A stretch of DNA of 64,000 nucleotides from Octopus sinensis (taxonomy: Eukaryota), in contig NW_021831284.1 in NCBI RefSeq assembly GCF_006345805.1, positions 62,001 to 126,000 on the forward strand. Reading direction: 5' to 3'. The translations under genes were made by a program, and so were the position numbers. Below, in pieces: positions 24,375-36,029 of the stretch. Within the stretch, counting starts at the first letter, position 1. Each line of letters begins with the position of its first letter. A model generated the notes under the pieces. The model did no database searches, was not told the DNA's origin, and was given only the letters and a program-made list of their open reading frames with translations.

Positions 24375-26224
24375 AAAACGATAATTTTACTATTTAATTT
24401 ATTTTACTAATGAATTCGTAATCTAATTATCTTTTTCAGGAATTAATTTATTAATTCTGTGATCAATAACTTATATTAAGAATTTTTAAAATTGATAGAA
24501 GTTTTGCAATTTTTCTAAATTCTAAAATTTTTCATGGGGTCCGCGGCTATCGTGGTTCAACAGGAGGCGAATCGAGGAGGCCAAACAAAGGGCCCTCAGA
24601 TTAACCGATCGTTGGTCACATGATAGTCAACGCCCCGGTCCAGCTTCTCTGGAAGACCTCATTAAGCTGAACCTGGGCCCGTCAACGAATGCTCCGCCAA
24701 AAACGGCTTGCCGCCCAGTGCGATCTTGTGTGGGCTCGTGGAAAGATCACCGAGCGAGGATGAGGTCCCTGGTTGAATGGATCGGGATCACGTGACGTTT
24801 ATTCGGTTTTTAGCGTGGTCTTGGTGATTTAATAAATTAATAAATAGCGATAGAGAATTGATTAATTGCATTAAACAGTAAAATACAAGAAGAAAATTAA
24901 AAATTTCATTTCTGCTTTGAAAAAGCATCCAGTTAATTATTTCTAATATGATATTAAGACCCTCGTTTTTCACTAAAATAAATAATCTTTCCTTGATAAA
25001 AAATTATTATAAATGCGGCTCCCGAAGCGAAATGAGTTTGACATCGCTGCACTATATTATAAAGAAGTGCCAATCTTTTCAAAATTAAGGGCTCAAAGAA
25101 GAATCAAATCTGAGAAATCTATGGAGCTCTTTCAAAGCTTAAATATTTACGAAATCTAGTTCAGAGGAAAATAAAATCAAAAAAAGTAAAGATTTAATTA
25201 ATTTTTGTCTCCAATACGAATTGATACTTTTTGATTGAAGTATTTAATAAGAAATATAGCAGCTAAAAAGCACAATTCAAGTTTGTGAAAATGTTCAAAG
25301 ATTAAGGAAAACTTTAGGAAAAAAGCTAAAAAAAACTTGTTGTACACTACTTGATTTCCAAGGATAATAAACTAAGTGTAGAAATAACACTTTTAGAGTC
25401 ATTGCCGATACAGATTATTAATTAATTAATATTTAGTTAAATTGCATCTAACGATAGTAAGAAACTTTATGTCTTAACTATACTCTCATAAATTTTTTTA
25501 TTCATTATAATAATCGTTTTAAAAGTATTATTTCATATTTTGCAATAAGAGGATAATTTTACGTGAGAAATTCAGTTTCGTTCTGAATTTGTCACTCAAG
25601 AGATATTCTTAATTATTATTATGAAAGCAATCTCGCGGAATCAAAAAGTTAATTAAGATTCCACTTTTGCCATCCGACTCAGGATACGCTCTGTTAGTCG
25701 TATCCACGCTCCCCTGTTACGTGCGAGGTATCTCAGTTCGTCCAGATCATCGGCCGATTTCAGTTTCCTTCCAATCGACGTGAGATCATGGTCGAGCGTA
25801 GTCGGTAATGTTGTTCTTTGTCGGCCCCTATATGCCGTTTTATTTAATGAGCAGAAGTAGGATTCCATGTTCTGATTGGCCGGCGTCATTTCCGAGGCTC
25901 TTAGGACATGTCCAAAGAGCATCCACTTCGTGGACGTCACTTTCTTTGCAATCTCGGATGTATGAGTGATTCTGTAGAGTTCATTATTGGTCATCTTTTT
26001 TGGCCAGTGAATTCCCAGGAGTAGTCGTAGTTGTTTTCTGTGGAAAGAGTTGAACTGCTCCAGTTCTTTAGCGGTTAGGCCCCAGGTCCCCGCGTTGTAG
26101 AGCAAGATTGGTTCGACAAAGGAGTTGTACAGCCGAATTCGAAGGCGGGTTCCTATGTACTTGCGCCTCGTCCAGATCGTCCACATTTTTTTGAAGGCTG
26201 CAACAGCCAGCACTTTCCTTCGAT

Positions 26225-27640
26225 TAATAAATTTATTATTATTATTAGCACTGTCATAGGAACATAATGTAATTTAAACTAATTAAGTTCCCACATGTGC
26301 CACATATGAGACTATCTTTTCGGTCATAATTTTCCATGATGTGCGGTTGTATGCTATACTCCTGAGAGTATCTAGGTCGTCTCCATTTTTCAGTTGTCTT
26401 TTAACGCGTTGTAGTTCTTTTGAGATTACAATAGGTAATGTATTTCGTGGGCGTCCTCGGGACGCAGATCTTTCGTCCTTTGCGTAATATGATTCCATTG
26501 CCCAGTTAGCATAAACATCCTGGTCGAGTCTTAGAATGTGGCCCAATAGGCGCCAACGTGCTTCGGTAATGTCCACACTGACGGGTCTGCTGTTGCAGAT
26601 ATTGTATAGGGTGGAGTTCTTGATTTCTTTGGCCAGTTGATGCAATAAGAATTCTAACTGTCTTCTATGGAATGCATCAAGAGATTTTGATTCAGACTCA
26701 GATATTCCCCATGTTCCTCCGTTGTACAAAAGTATGGGTTTAATAAAGCATTGTATAATTTGGCACGTAAGGCCGTTCCAACCTCGCGGTTTCGTAGCCA
26801 AGTGGTCCGCAGTTTGTTAAGTGCAACAGTCGATAGCATCTTTCTCCTCATAATGTCTTCACTATCTCCTAAAAGAGTTCCAACTTTTTCGAGTTTCGCC
26901 ATTTTTCGTCGTTCTATTTGCCTCCCGGTTGATTGTTACATATTCGGTTTTTTCTATGTTCACTTTTAAGAACCATTTTTCCAGTGCCTGGGGAGCAATG
27001 TTCAGCAGTCTTCGAGTGTCGACTTATCATGAGAAAAAAGTCTACATCGTCGGCATATATCACTTCAGTTATTGAAGTAGTCTTCACTAGTTTTCTCAGA
27101 TCTCTTAGTGGCCGCTTCAAGATAGACAATGAATAGTACAGGTGATATTGAATCACCTTGGGGCGTTTCCAATGCTTGTTTTGAAAGATCTTGATTGTAC
27201 GGGTCCGATCTTCACCGTAACTCGGTTGTCTATAAGTAGTGCTCGAACCATTCTGATCGAGTCATTGTCAAGAATAGTTTTGAGGATCTCCATTAGCTTG
27301 TCTCTGCGGATTGTATCAAATGCCCTGCTCATATCAATGCCCAATATTGTGGTCGCCATTTTAAATTTCTGAGATATGGCACAGATCCATCTATGTCCCC
27401 ATACTACATCTGCAGTTGATCGCCCAGGCCTGAATCCACTTTGGCTAGCCGACAGATATTCATTAACAGGGTCCTTAATACGTTCCAGTGTTACGAGCGA
27501 GAAGATTTTCCTTATTGTGTTAAGAGTATGATTGGGCGAATGTGTTAAGAGGACCTTGCGGCTTGTTGGGTTTTTGGAGAGGAATTAGCGTTCCTTTCCC
27601 AATAGGCGGTATGGTATTTCCATGGAACATCCGTTCAGGA
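26225..27640 (-). mobile_element. RTE-clade retrotransposon RT remnant
   Basis: QSGFRPGRSTADV, ILGIDMSRAFDTI, YADD, LLYNGGTWG, RGRPRNTLP; (TAA)n tail at ~26225-26246. Confidence 0.9.
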
Positions 27641-27795
27641 GGTTTGTGAAATTTGATATTCTTAATTAGAAATTAATAAATTTGTATTTTCGTCTTTGAT
27701 TTAAAAATAATAAATTATTTAATTTCAAAATAGTATAAGTATAAGTAAATCAGTTCTAGTTCCGTTTTAATTATCTTGCGAGTTAAGTCAAAATA

Positions 27796-29296
27796 ATGGT
27801 TGAAAAAAATAACCAAGTTGTATCAAGAAAGTCTTTTGTGGCCCCATCTAAAAATTTTTTAAGCTTTTCAGCAAACGAAGCTTTACAAATTGTATCAATA
27901 TGCCAGGTATATCAAATTTATCAGTCACAGGATGAAAACTGGGCAACAGCAATCAACAACGAAGGGACACGTGGATTGATTCCGCTAAGCTATGTATGGA
28001 AACGTGGCGAAGTAGTCACGAATATGGAATCGTATAAACGAAATAACAAGCCTAGATGTTATCACGGGAAAATAGAACGAGTGGAAGCGGAGGAGATTTT
28101 GAGTCATGGTTGTGAAGGGAGTTACTTACTACGAGACTCTTCTTCCCAGCCTGGAACATATGTATTATCTACGTCTTCTGAGGGGAAACTAACCCACTAT
28201 TGCATATTCAAACTGGAGTCGGGATATTCAATTGATAAGAAATTAATATTCACGAATATTCGAGAACTATTGCAGGTTTCCTAGGTCAATAACTCTCAGT
28301 ACTACCACGAAAATGCAACTCTGGGGTATTTGCTTGTGAATGGAATCATTCCGGAAAATAGGGAAAGTGTGATCGACAGAGTGGCATTCCAATCTCAAGG
28401 ATGGTTTATTGACCCTGCAAATTTGGTAATTATTAAAAAAATAGGCTCTGGAGAATTTGGAGGTTGATCTAATCTAATCATCATAGACGTGTACTATGGA
28501 ATGTATCAGGAACAGGAAGTGGCACTCAAACAGCTAAAAGACAATAGTGGAATCAGCGCCTTTCTTAAAGAAGCTTTGATGATGACGTGATATCCTATTT
28601 AATAATTAGGGCAATCTGTGATCCGCATATCGTCCGTTTGTTTGGAGTATCCGTCGGAAAAATGGTCACGATAGTCACCGAATTCCTCGAGAATGGAAGT
28701 CTTTTAAATTACCTCAGATCTCGTGGGAAATCCGAGATTTCTGAAACCCAACAGCTTTCATTCTCTCTGTAGGCTTACAATAATAAATGTTAGAGATATT
28801 GCTTCCGGAATGGCTTACTTGGAAAAACATCACGTTATTCATCGAGACATTGCTGCTAGAAATATTCTTCTTAGCAAAGACAACTGTGCCAAAGTTGAAC
28901 ACACAACCTTAGACATAGGTGGCTGATTTGGGTATGGCTGCCTTCAACACGGATGCTTATAATACTGTCAAGCTCCCAGTACGTTGGGCAGCCCCTGAGA
29001 CTATCAGCAAACGAGTATATCTCAATGCTTATGGATAGACGTATACTACTAAATCGGATGTCTGGAGCTACGGAGTTGTTTTGTGGGAAATCTATTCCTT
29101 TGGACTAACGCCGTATGCTAAATTCTCAGTCGATGAAATAATGTCCGCAGTTCAGTCTGGTTATCAACTGGAGATCCCATCAAGGTGTCCCGAACCAATA
29201 TATTCTCTCATGCGCCGTTGTTGGAACATTGATCCTGCATATCGTCCTACTTTTGAATCGTTGTTGGCACTCATAAAAGTTTTAAAGACAATTTAA
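27796..29296 (+). CDS. CSK: Tyrosine-protein kinase CSK-like (SH3-SH2-kinase)
   Basis: SH3 ..[14 protein letters not shown]; SH2 YHGKI..YLLRDS; [41 protein letters not shown]. Introns 27907-30, 28276-99, 28463-86, 28587-609, 28769-93, 28894-918, 29015-38 (23-25 nt). Confidence 0.93.
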
Positions 29297-29584
29297 TTAT
29301 TTTTGGTATAAATTGGTATCATACTAAAATGTGAAATTAACACATTCCAATTTAAAGTAAATCTTTTTAAGCATTTATAATCAGAAATTTAACAGCTAAG
29401 CTGGTTAATTCCAGGAATTTGTAATCTACTAATGATTTGCGTTTAATGGGAATCTATAAACAATATTTTTTGCTAACTGAGTATCAATAACGTTGCTTTC
29501 TAGAATTTATCCTTTTATACAATTAGGTTATGATTTAAAAATACCATGACCACATCTAAAAATATCTGACCACTCTCTTATTAC

Positions 29585-30181
29585 TAGGGCAACCAAAAAA
29601 TTGCAAAAATGAATTTTAAAAATTGTAAAAAATTGCAAAAATAATTTTTTTTAATTGTAAACATTACATTATGCAAAAAATTAACGAAATTATTTATTGT
29701 AATAGGAAATCAATATTCCTGAACATTTTCAGGTTAAAGTTCCTCTCTTACTAAGAATTTTCGTCAAAAGAGATATTGCCCTTTCGATAGATGCTGAAGA
29801 TGCATCAACAAAAAATTTTGTGTCACACCGTACAACAGTTGAGCAATTGGAGCAAAATAAATTCCCTTCACTGTCAATAACAAACTCGGGGAATTTCTTT
29901 GCATAAAATGAAATTTTCTGTGACACTGTCCTTTACCCATTACAACAAACAACTAAAACACGTTTTAATAATCTTATTATATTATATTATTTTTTAATAA
30001 AAAAATTTTTTTTTAATTTAAAAAAATTGCAAAAAATTGTAAAATGACTACAAAAATTGCAAAAAATGGCAAATTTAAATCGAATAAAATATAATTAAAA
30101 TTAATGTCATTCATTACTTTATTATTTATCGAATTTAATTAAATTATATTTAATTGCAAAAAATTGCAATTGGTTGCCCTA
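29585..30181 (-). mobile_element. hAT-type non-autonomous element
   Basis: TIR TAGGGCAACCAA, 8-bp TSD CTTATTAC (29577-84, 30182-89); internal remnant LFCSNCSTVV (zinc-finger-like). Confidence 0.9.
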
Positions 30182-30470
30182 CTTATTACTTAAAAATATT
30201 GAAAATTTCTTTATTTGCAGTATTATTCAACAAAACAACGTAGTGTATGTCTAAGTTGTTTTGAATTCAAATTGAATATAGGCTTTTAAATGCATACATC
30301 TTGAGGCTGTCTCTCCTTATTGAAGGGTACTATATAACTACAGCGTTTAGTCAAATAATCCAGTTTGAACAAAAAATCCAAGCTCATAAAATAATAAAAA
30401 TTATAATGAGGAAAATTAATATTTTCATAAAACGGATAATAATAAAGATTTAAACAAAAATAAGCAACCA

Positions 30471-31732
30471 TCAAGACCTTCGAGGAGTAGAATTCCTACG
30501 ATCTCTACTCCTACTACGCCGACGACGAGACGACCTCGGCTTTCTACTACGAGACCGACTTCGCGATCTTCGTTTCTTCCTAACACAAAATCAAACATCT
30601 AATAAAACCGTTTATATTTCGTTTCAATGTCTTTAAAAACATCTTCAAGCTGATCAATCATTTCCTTACACCGAGGATCGTCAGAAACAAGCGATTTTCG
30701 GATCATAGACGCGGCTGTGTGTAAAATTTGTATGCCAGACTCATATTTCCCTAATAACAATTGATTTTTAAAATGAAAACCATTTTCTGCATTAGAATTA
30801 CCAGCTTTGATCGCATTTTTAGTTACCTCCCAATTTTTTTGGATCATGTTCTCTATATCTACGGGACTTCGTTTAGGAAGACGGCTAAGATTTCCCAAAT
30901 AAAAACAACTTTGCTAACAAAGGTGTTGTTGAAGGAGGGGGAAACTATACAAAATATAATTTTACAATAAAAATACATTATTCGTTTTCTGTGGAACACT
31001 ATAAGGCTGGTTTTGGTAGTTATTGACTACAGAATAACCATCAAACTACAAACAAAGAGGATTTGGAAGTCTTCCCCCTTGAGGAGCTGTTTGAACTCCA
31101 CTTTGAGAAATCACATCTTCAATTCACTAAGACAACAAACCGTCGTTCAGTCTTCTCTCGTCCCTTTTTCGGGTGTCTCCATCTCCTCCACAAAGTGATT
31201 TGTAGTACTCCAAGTTTTTTTTATTGAAAGGAACAACGACTGGATTCTTGCCATGAAATGACTTGGCAGACAACCTATCCATTACTACTTTGGTCGATTC
31301 CTCCTTCTGGAATGTCAAAATGGCCATTCTACACATTAAATGTTATTTAAACCCTTTGCTTTGCCCGTTAGACCTGTTTTCGTAAAATTTTATTTCCACC
31401 AAATCATCTATCCCCAATTCTCTTACGGATTCAGTCAAGTCACGGTCACTTGTCCACTGCTGGTAATAATAAAAGCGACAACCCATTGTAAATTGGCCAC
31501 AATTAATGGTACTTTTCTGCCACTGTAATCATTAGAAGTTCCAGAAGGCGGTTTGTTAGTTGAAATGGAGTTCTCGACAAACTATTTTTAATTAAAAAAG
31601 CACTACGTTGGGATTATTTAGTACGTCTTCGTATATGTCGATGACGTCGTCGTTATAGGAATTGTTCTATATTTGTGTGCTGAAATTATTGAATACCTCA
31701 GTATCAAACGAATAAAGACTGTTAAAGTCCAT
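30471..31732 (-). CDS. CPSF6: Cleavage factor Im large subunit (CPSF6/CPSF7-like)
   Basis: DIYEDV; RRM LIVANLQWWTSDRDL..IKFYENRSNGQSKG; helical domain NWEVTKNAI..YESGIQIL..MIRKSLVSDDPRCKEMIDQLEDVFKDIE; C-terminal RS domain; multiple 24-32-nt introns; TGA at 30471-30473. Confidence 0.92.
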
Positions 31733-32030
31733 TCCACAAAACTATATTAATAATAAATATTTTATTAAATTATTTTTTTGGCATATTTTATTATAAAATA
31801 CTAATAAAAATTCTAAAATTTTAATAAATATGAAAAATAATAATCTCAAATCTAACTTCCAATGTAATTTGAAAGGCCATCAAAAAACGGCCTGCGCTGA
31901 GAATAAGCCATTGAAGGATGACCACACAGAAAAAGATCTCAACAATTTGATGAAGTTCTACTTAAAAATTTTGCACAAAGACCACCAAAGGTAGGTTTCC
32001 CTTTAATCAATCGGGAAAAAACTAAAAAGG

Positions 32031-32515
32031 GTGGCGAAAACCAAATACTTTACAGACAACGATGTGTTGAATACATTAAAGTCAATCAAGTCAACACTCT
32101 TAAGCGGACCTGATAAAATCCCAATAATTCTTTTAAAGAATTTTGGAAACCATGGTATTGCTGCACTGTTCAAAATTTACAATCATTCTATCAACAAAAA
32201 CCGTATTCTTTCTCTGTGGAAAATGGCTAATCTACACCTAATCCTCAAGCCGGGAAAACCGAAAAAGGAACCGAGCTCATACAGACCAGTTGCCCTACTC
32301 TGCTCCATGTCGAAGGTGCTGGAAAATTTTTTTCTTGAAGGATCAAGAGGTATCTCCCTGACAAGCTTTTCTAACACGGATTTAAAGAAGAAAGATTTAC
32401 TCTGACACACTTATCCGGTTTGACTATCTTCATTTAGCAAGGATTCTCACAAAAGCCCGGTCACCAAAAGACCGTTCTCGGTACTAAAGCCTTCGATTCA
32501 GTGTCGAAAAATAAG
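32031..32515 (+). mobile_element. I/Jockey-like LINE RT fragment, internally deleted
   Basis: GPDKIP..LILKPGKP..SYRPVALLCSMSKVLE; KAFDSV; related to 59222-60331. Confidence 0.8.
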
Positions 32516-32702
32516 GCGTTTTAGATTAATTATTCAAAAAACTATACTAGCTTGAGTTTTATACTGCAATAATTAGCGATTTTTTTAAACTCAATTTATT
32601 GACGGAAAAAGTCATGCATGGAACAAAATCAAATTAATATTTAGTTCCATTCCCTTATTCTAGTAGTACTGCTTCCAATCTTTTTTTAAGGATAAATTTT
32701 TT

Positions 32703-34330
32703 TGTCATAACCAAGGTAAAATAACAAGTATAATAGAGAAGTTAACTAATTTAGATGAGTCGCCGAGCGGATGGACAGGCAATTTCCGCGATATCCGCTG
32801 AAAAAGCCAGCTCGTTTCGTGACTGTCGTGACTCCTCCTCGAGATGATTAAACGAATCTCTGAGAGGAGTTGGAGGGCTTTGGGTCCAATTACCCCACTG
32901 GTCTCGAAAGCCAGGGGAATGAAGCAGCAGGTATCGGTCAAAGAGGCATATTTTGCAGTTTTCCTAGATTCGGCAAGGGCAGATGCAGATCCAGGACGAG
33001 AAGCGGAGTCAACCAACGATGATGAGGAAAATTAGTCTACGCAGGTAACATCCCACACGAGTGCCATTCCCTCCCTGAACGGGAAAAAAGTCGACCTGTC
33101 AGGGCGTTTTCCATCTCCACGGTCTAGTCCTATCGGTTCTAACATCGAGGGAAATCCAGCGGCGTTAAGCGCGCGCTTCACAACGTCATTCAATGAGGCG
33201 TGCCTGGGAATCCTGCCGGCACTGAGGCGACAAGAGAGAGGGTGTAAACCTCTCATGTCAATGAGTTGTCCACATCTGCAATGGTGCGGCTGGCAAATCT
33301 CTATGCCAAGCCGTAAACAGATTCCGATGCGGACAGATTCGTCGTCCAGCAACATTCCAGCAGATGAAATCGGCAAAGCGTCAAGCCAGGCACAAAGAGT
33401 GGGGTTGACAGGCACAATTGATGCTTGCCAACTGAAATTGGTCAGCACGTAGGTGGATATCTTCGAGTACATGGGAACAATGTATATCATCCCAGTTCTT
33501 TTGAACTGAAGGGACGTCCGGGATTTTAAGCCCACGAGAAATTCACATGTTGACACCCGCCGTATATTCCAACAACTCGGGCTGTTCAGGGGAGGGGAAA
33601 AGAACAGAGTTGAAGGAACTAGCAGAGGCAGACAACGAGGAAAGGTAACATGGGAGGGATAAATCAGCACAAGAACGAATGCCAATGCCCCCGTAGCGAA
33701 TAGGTAAATTAACCCGTCGCATGTCTGAAGGTTTGAATTTGATATTTACGAGAAGCTCAAGAGCTTCGGAGACCATGTTGTCGAGACAAGACAAGTGATT
33801 TTGTTCGAGAAAGCAGGGCGATGAGTGCATGAGATAAGTTAGCTTCGGTATAAAGAGATAGTTCTTGAGCAAGAAAAGGCCCAAATGGGATTCAACGGGA
33901 ATGTCCAGCGCCTGTGAAATATTATTCCAAGCAGTAGCCATTAAATATTTAAATGAAAATAACAAGTCAGACAAATCAGATACACAAGAGGAGTCATGGG
34001 ACTCTACATGCTCAGACACGTTCTCGCACAGACATCTCGCCCTGTCCGCTGTCGATCCTGTGGCGTTTAGAGGCTGGCCAAGGACGCAAGATTCTCAAGT
34101 ACAGTCACTTCACGAATTCGCTTCTTTTTACTCCAATCGCTTTGGAGTCTTCTGGAATCTTCGGCCCCAAGATGCTCCGCTTCTTTCGCTCCCTCGGTTG
34201 ACGGATATCGAGAATAAGACACGATTCCAGAGAGTCATCCTGGCTCTTCGAACGTCTCTCGATCGCCGTGATCCGTGAGAATGGCTTTGCTATTCGCGAG
34301 GCTGGCCAAGCGTCTCGTGACACCCATAGG
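32703..34330 (-). mobile_element. CRE-clade RLE retrotransposon 3' part (32703-34019) plus an oppositely oriented CRE fragment (~33960-34330)
   Basis: LPIRYGGIGI, AWLDALP, CRCG..HPLSC..RHASLND, EPIGLDRGDGKRPD, WDVTC, PLAFETSG. Confidence 0.9.
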
Positions 34331-34507
34331 TTCTCAGTTTAAAAACAAATATAAAAAATAAATAAATTTTTATTAGATTTTTTATTTACCAAATAGCACA
34401 CATATTAATTTTAACGACATTTTTTAAATACCGCAAACCGGAATTTTTAAGGGAATGGTTAATAAGTAATAAAAGTCGTTTTTTGCGTTTTGTATTCAAA
34501 ACTAAAA

Positions 34508-35754
34508 ATGTCAAGAGGTGTTTATCTCTACGGACCGAATGACCTCCGAATTGTCCCCTTAATTTTAAAATATTTTAGAAATATGAACCAATTCCAAAAT
34601 TAAAAGATAATGGTAAAAAACAATTTGTATTTCAGATGCAAAAATCCAAATCTGTTCAGTGGGGATATGCGGAACTGACATTTTGCTTCTAAATAAAGTC
34701 CACTTTGGCGCCACCCAGACAATTCTTCCAATCAGACTAGGACACGAGCCTTCAGGGGTGGTGGTCGAAGTCGGTGATAAGGTCACAAATATTAAACCCG
34801 GTAAAAATCATACAAATATTTTTTGGTGACCGAGTTGCTATCGAGCCATTGGAAACGTGCAAAAAATGTCAATTCTGTAAACAAGGAAAGGGAAATATGT
34901 GTTCTAATCTTGCATATTTGAGTGCACACGACACTCACGGAGCCATAACCGAGTTTCACGTACAGCAGGCGACCTCCTGTTATAAGTACATAAAAAATAA
35001 CTTAAAAAACAAGAATTCCCGACTTTATGTCTTTCGACGAAGGAGCAATGGTCCAACCTCTTTCCATCGCAGTAGGAATATGCAAAAGAGCAGGAAATTT
35101 ATTAGGAAAAAAAGTAGTAATTGGCGGAACAGGTGTCTTAATATTATAACAACACATCCAGGGGCGATTGGAAGCTTATGTTTGATGGTTCTTAAGGCTA
35201 GTGGAGTCTCGAGGATTTGTGTGACTGGTAGGGTACCGTCGATAACAAACCTACAGACATTTTCCAAGAAAGGATTGATTTTGCTTTCAAAAATGGGGCG
35301 GATTGTGGGGTACTAGTTGGAAAGGGTGACAGTCCTGGGGTGATCTCGGACAATATTATTAAGGAATTGGGGGATATGGCAGATGTGTGTATCGACCTTT
35401 GTGGAATTAGTTCAAATATTGATAGTCTTGTTGGTGTAAGGTGATTTCCGTGAATGTTAAGGCTGCGGTTCCTGGCGGGGTGTTGGTGCTGGTGGGACTA
35501 AATGAGGGGACTACGTCCTGTCAGAATATTGTTTTTAAAAACTTGGATGTTCGTGGTTTTTTAAAGACGTATAATTGGTAGGCTATTTTGGGTTATTTTT
35601 TAGTTATCCGGAAGCCATAGATTTGATAAAAACCAATAAAGTGGACGTCAATTCTTTGATTACGCATCGAATTCATTTTGACGATTTTCAAGTCGCATTT
35701 GATAACATGTCCCGTGGTATTGGAATGAAAAATATAATTTATTTTAACCAATAA
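34508..35754 (+). CDS. SORD: Sorbitol dehydrogenase-like zinc MDR
   Basis: YGPNDLRI, GICGTD, GHEPSG, (GDR)VAIEP, C-x2-C-x2-C-x7-C, GGTGAIG, LVLVG, LITHR; eight introns of 23-29 nt, the third with a non-AG acceptor or alternative AG (see findings). Confidence 0.85.
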
Positions 35755-36029
35755 TAACAATAACAATTAAATTTAACTAATATCTAAACAATAATACAAT
35801 TTAAACAAAAATTCTTTTTTTTTATTATTTTTAAGTATTAATTAAAGTATAATTTTCTCAATCTGTTCATTACTTCCTCTATTCTGATATTCCCTCAGGT
35901 AAGGATGCCAGCCTCTTTCATTGGGAAGTGCTGACAGGCAGCGGCGAAAACAAAAATTCTATAATAATAAAATTTTAGGTAATTAGAAAACAATTATTAA
36001 AAGAAACAAAATTTAACTTAAGCTAGACT

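Larger units (their letters stand above)
20181..26212. repeat. Tandem segmental duplication of ~3.0 kb (20181-23208 and 23218-26212)
   Basis: Collinear near-identical blocks (e.g. identical ORFs 21777/24788, RT tails 22648/25653) with scattered SNPs and indels; 10-bp duplicated junction ACAGCCAGCA. Confidence 0.97.

Noticed and set aside
27796-29296. Alternative genetic code or stop readthrough to explain in-frame stops in conserved genes
   Set aside because: The stops fall inside removable GT-AG micro-introns whose excision restores conserved motifs, and genes end at standard TAA/TAG/TGA.
35880-35915. U1 snRNA-like CTTACCTG on the minus strand
   Set aside because: Only 8 nt match, and I found no U1 stem-loops or Sm site.
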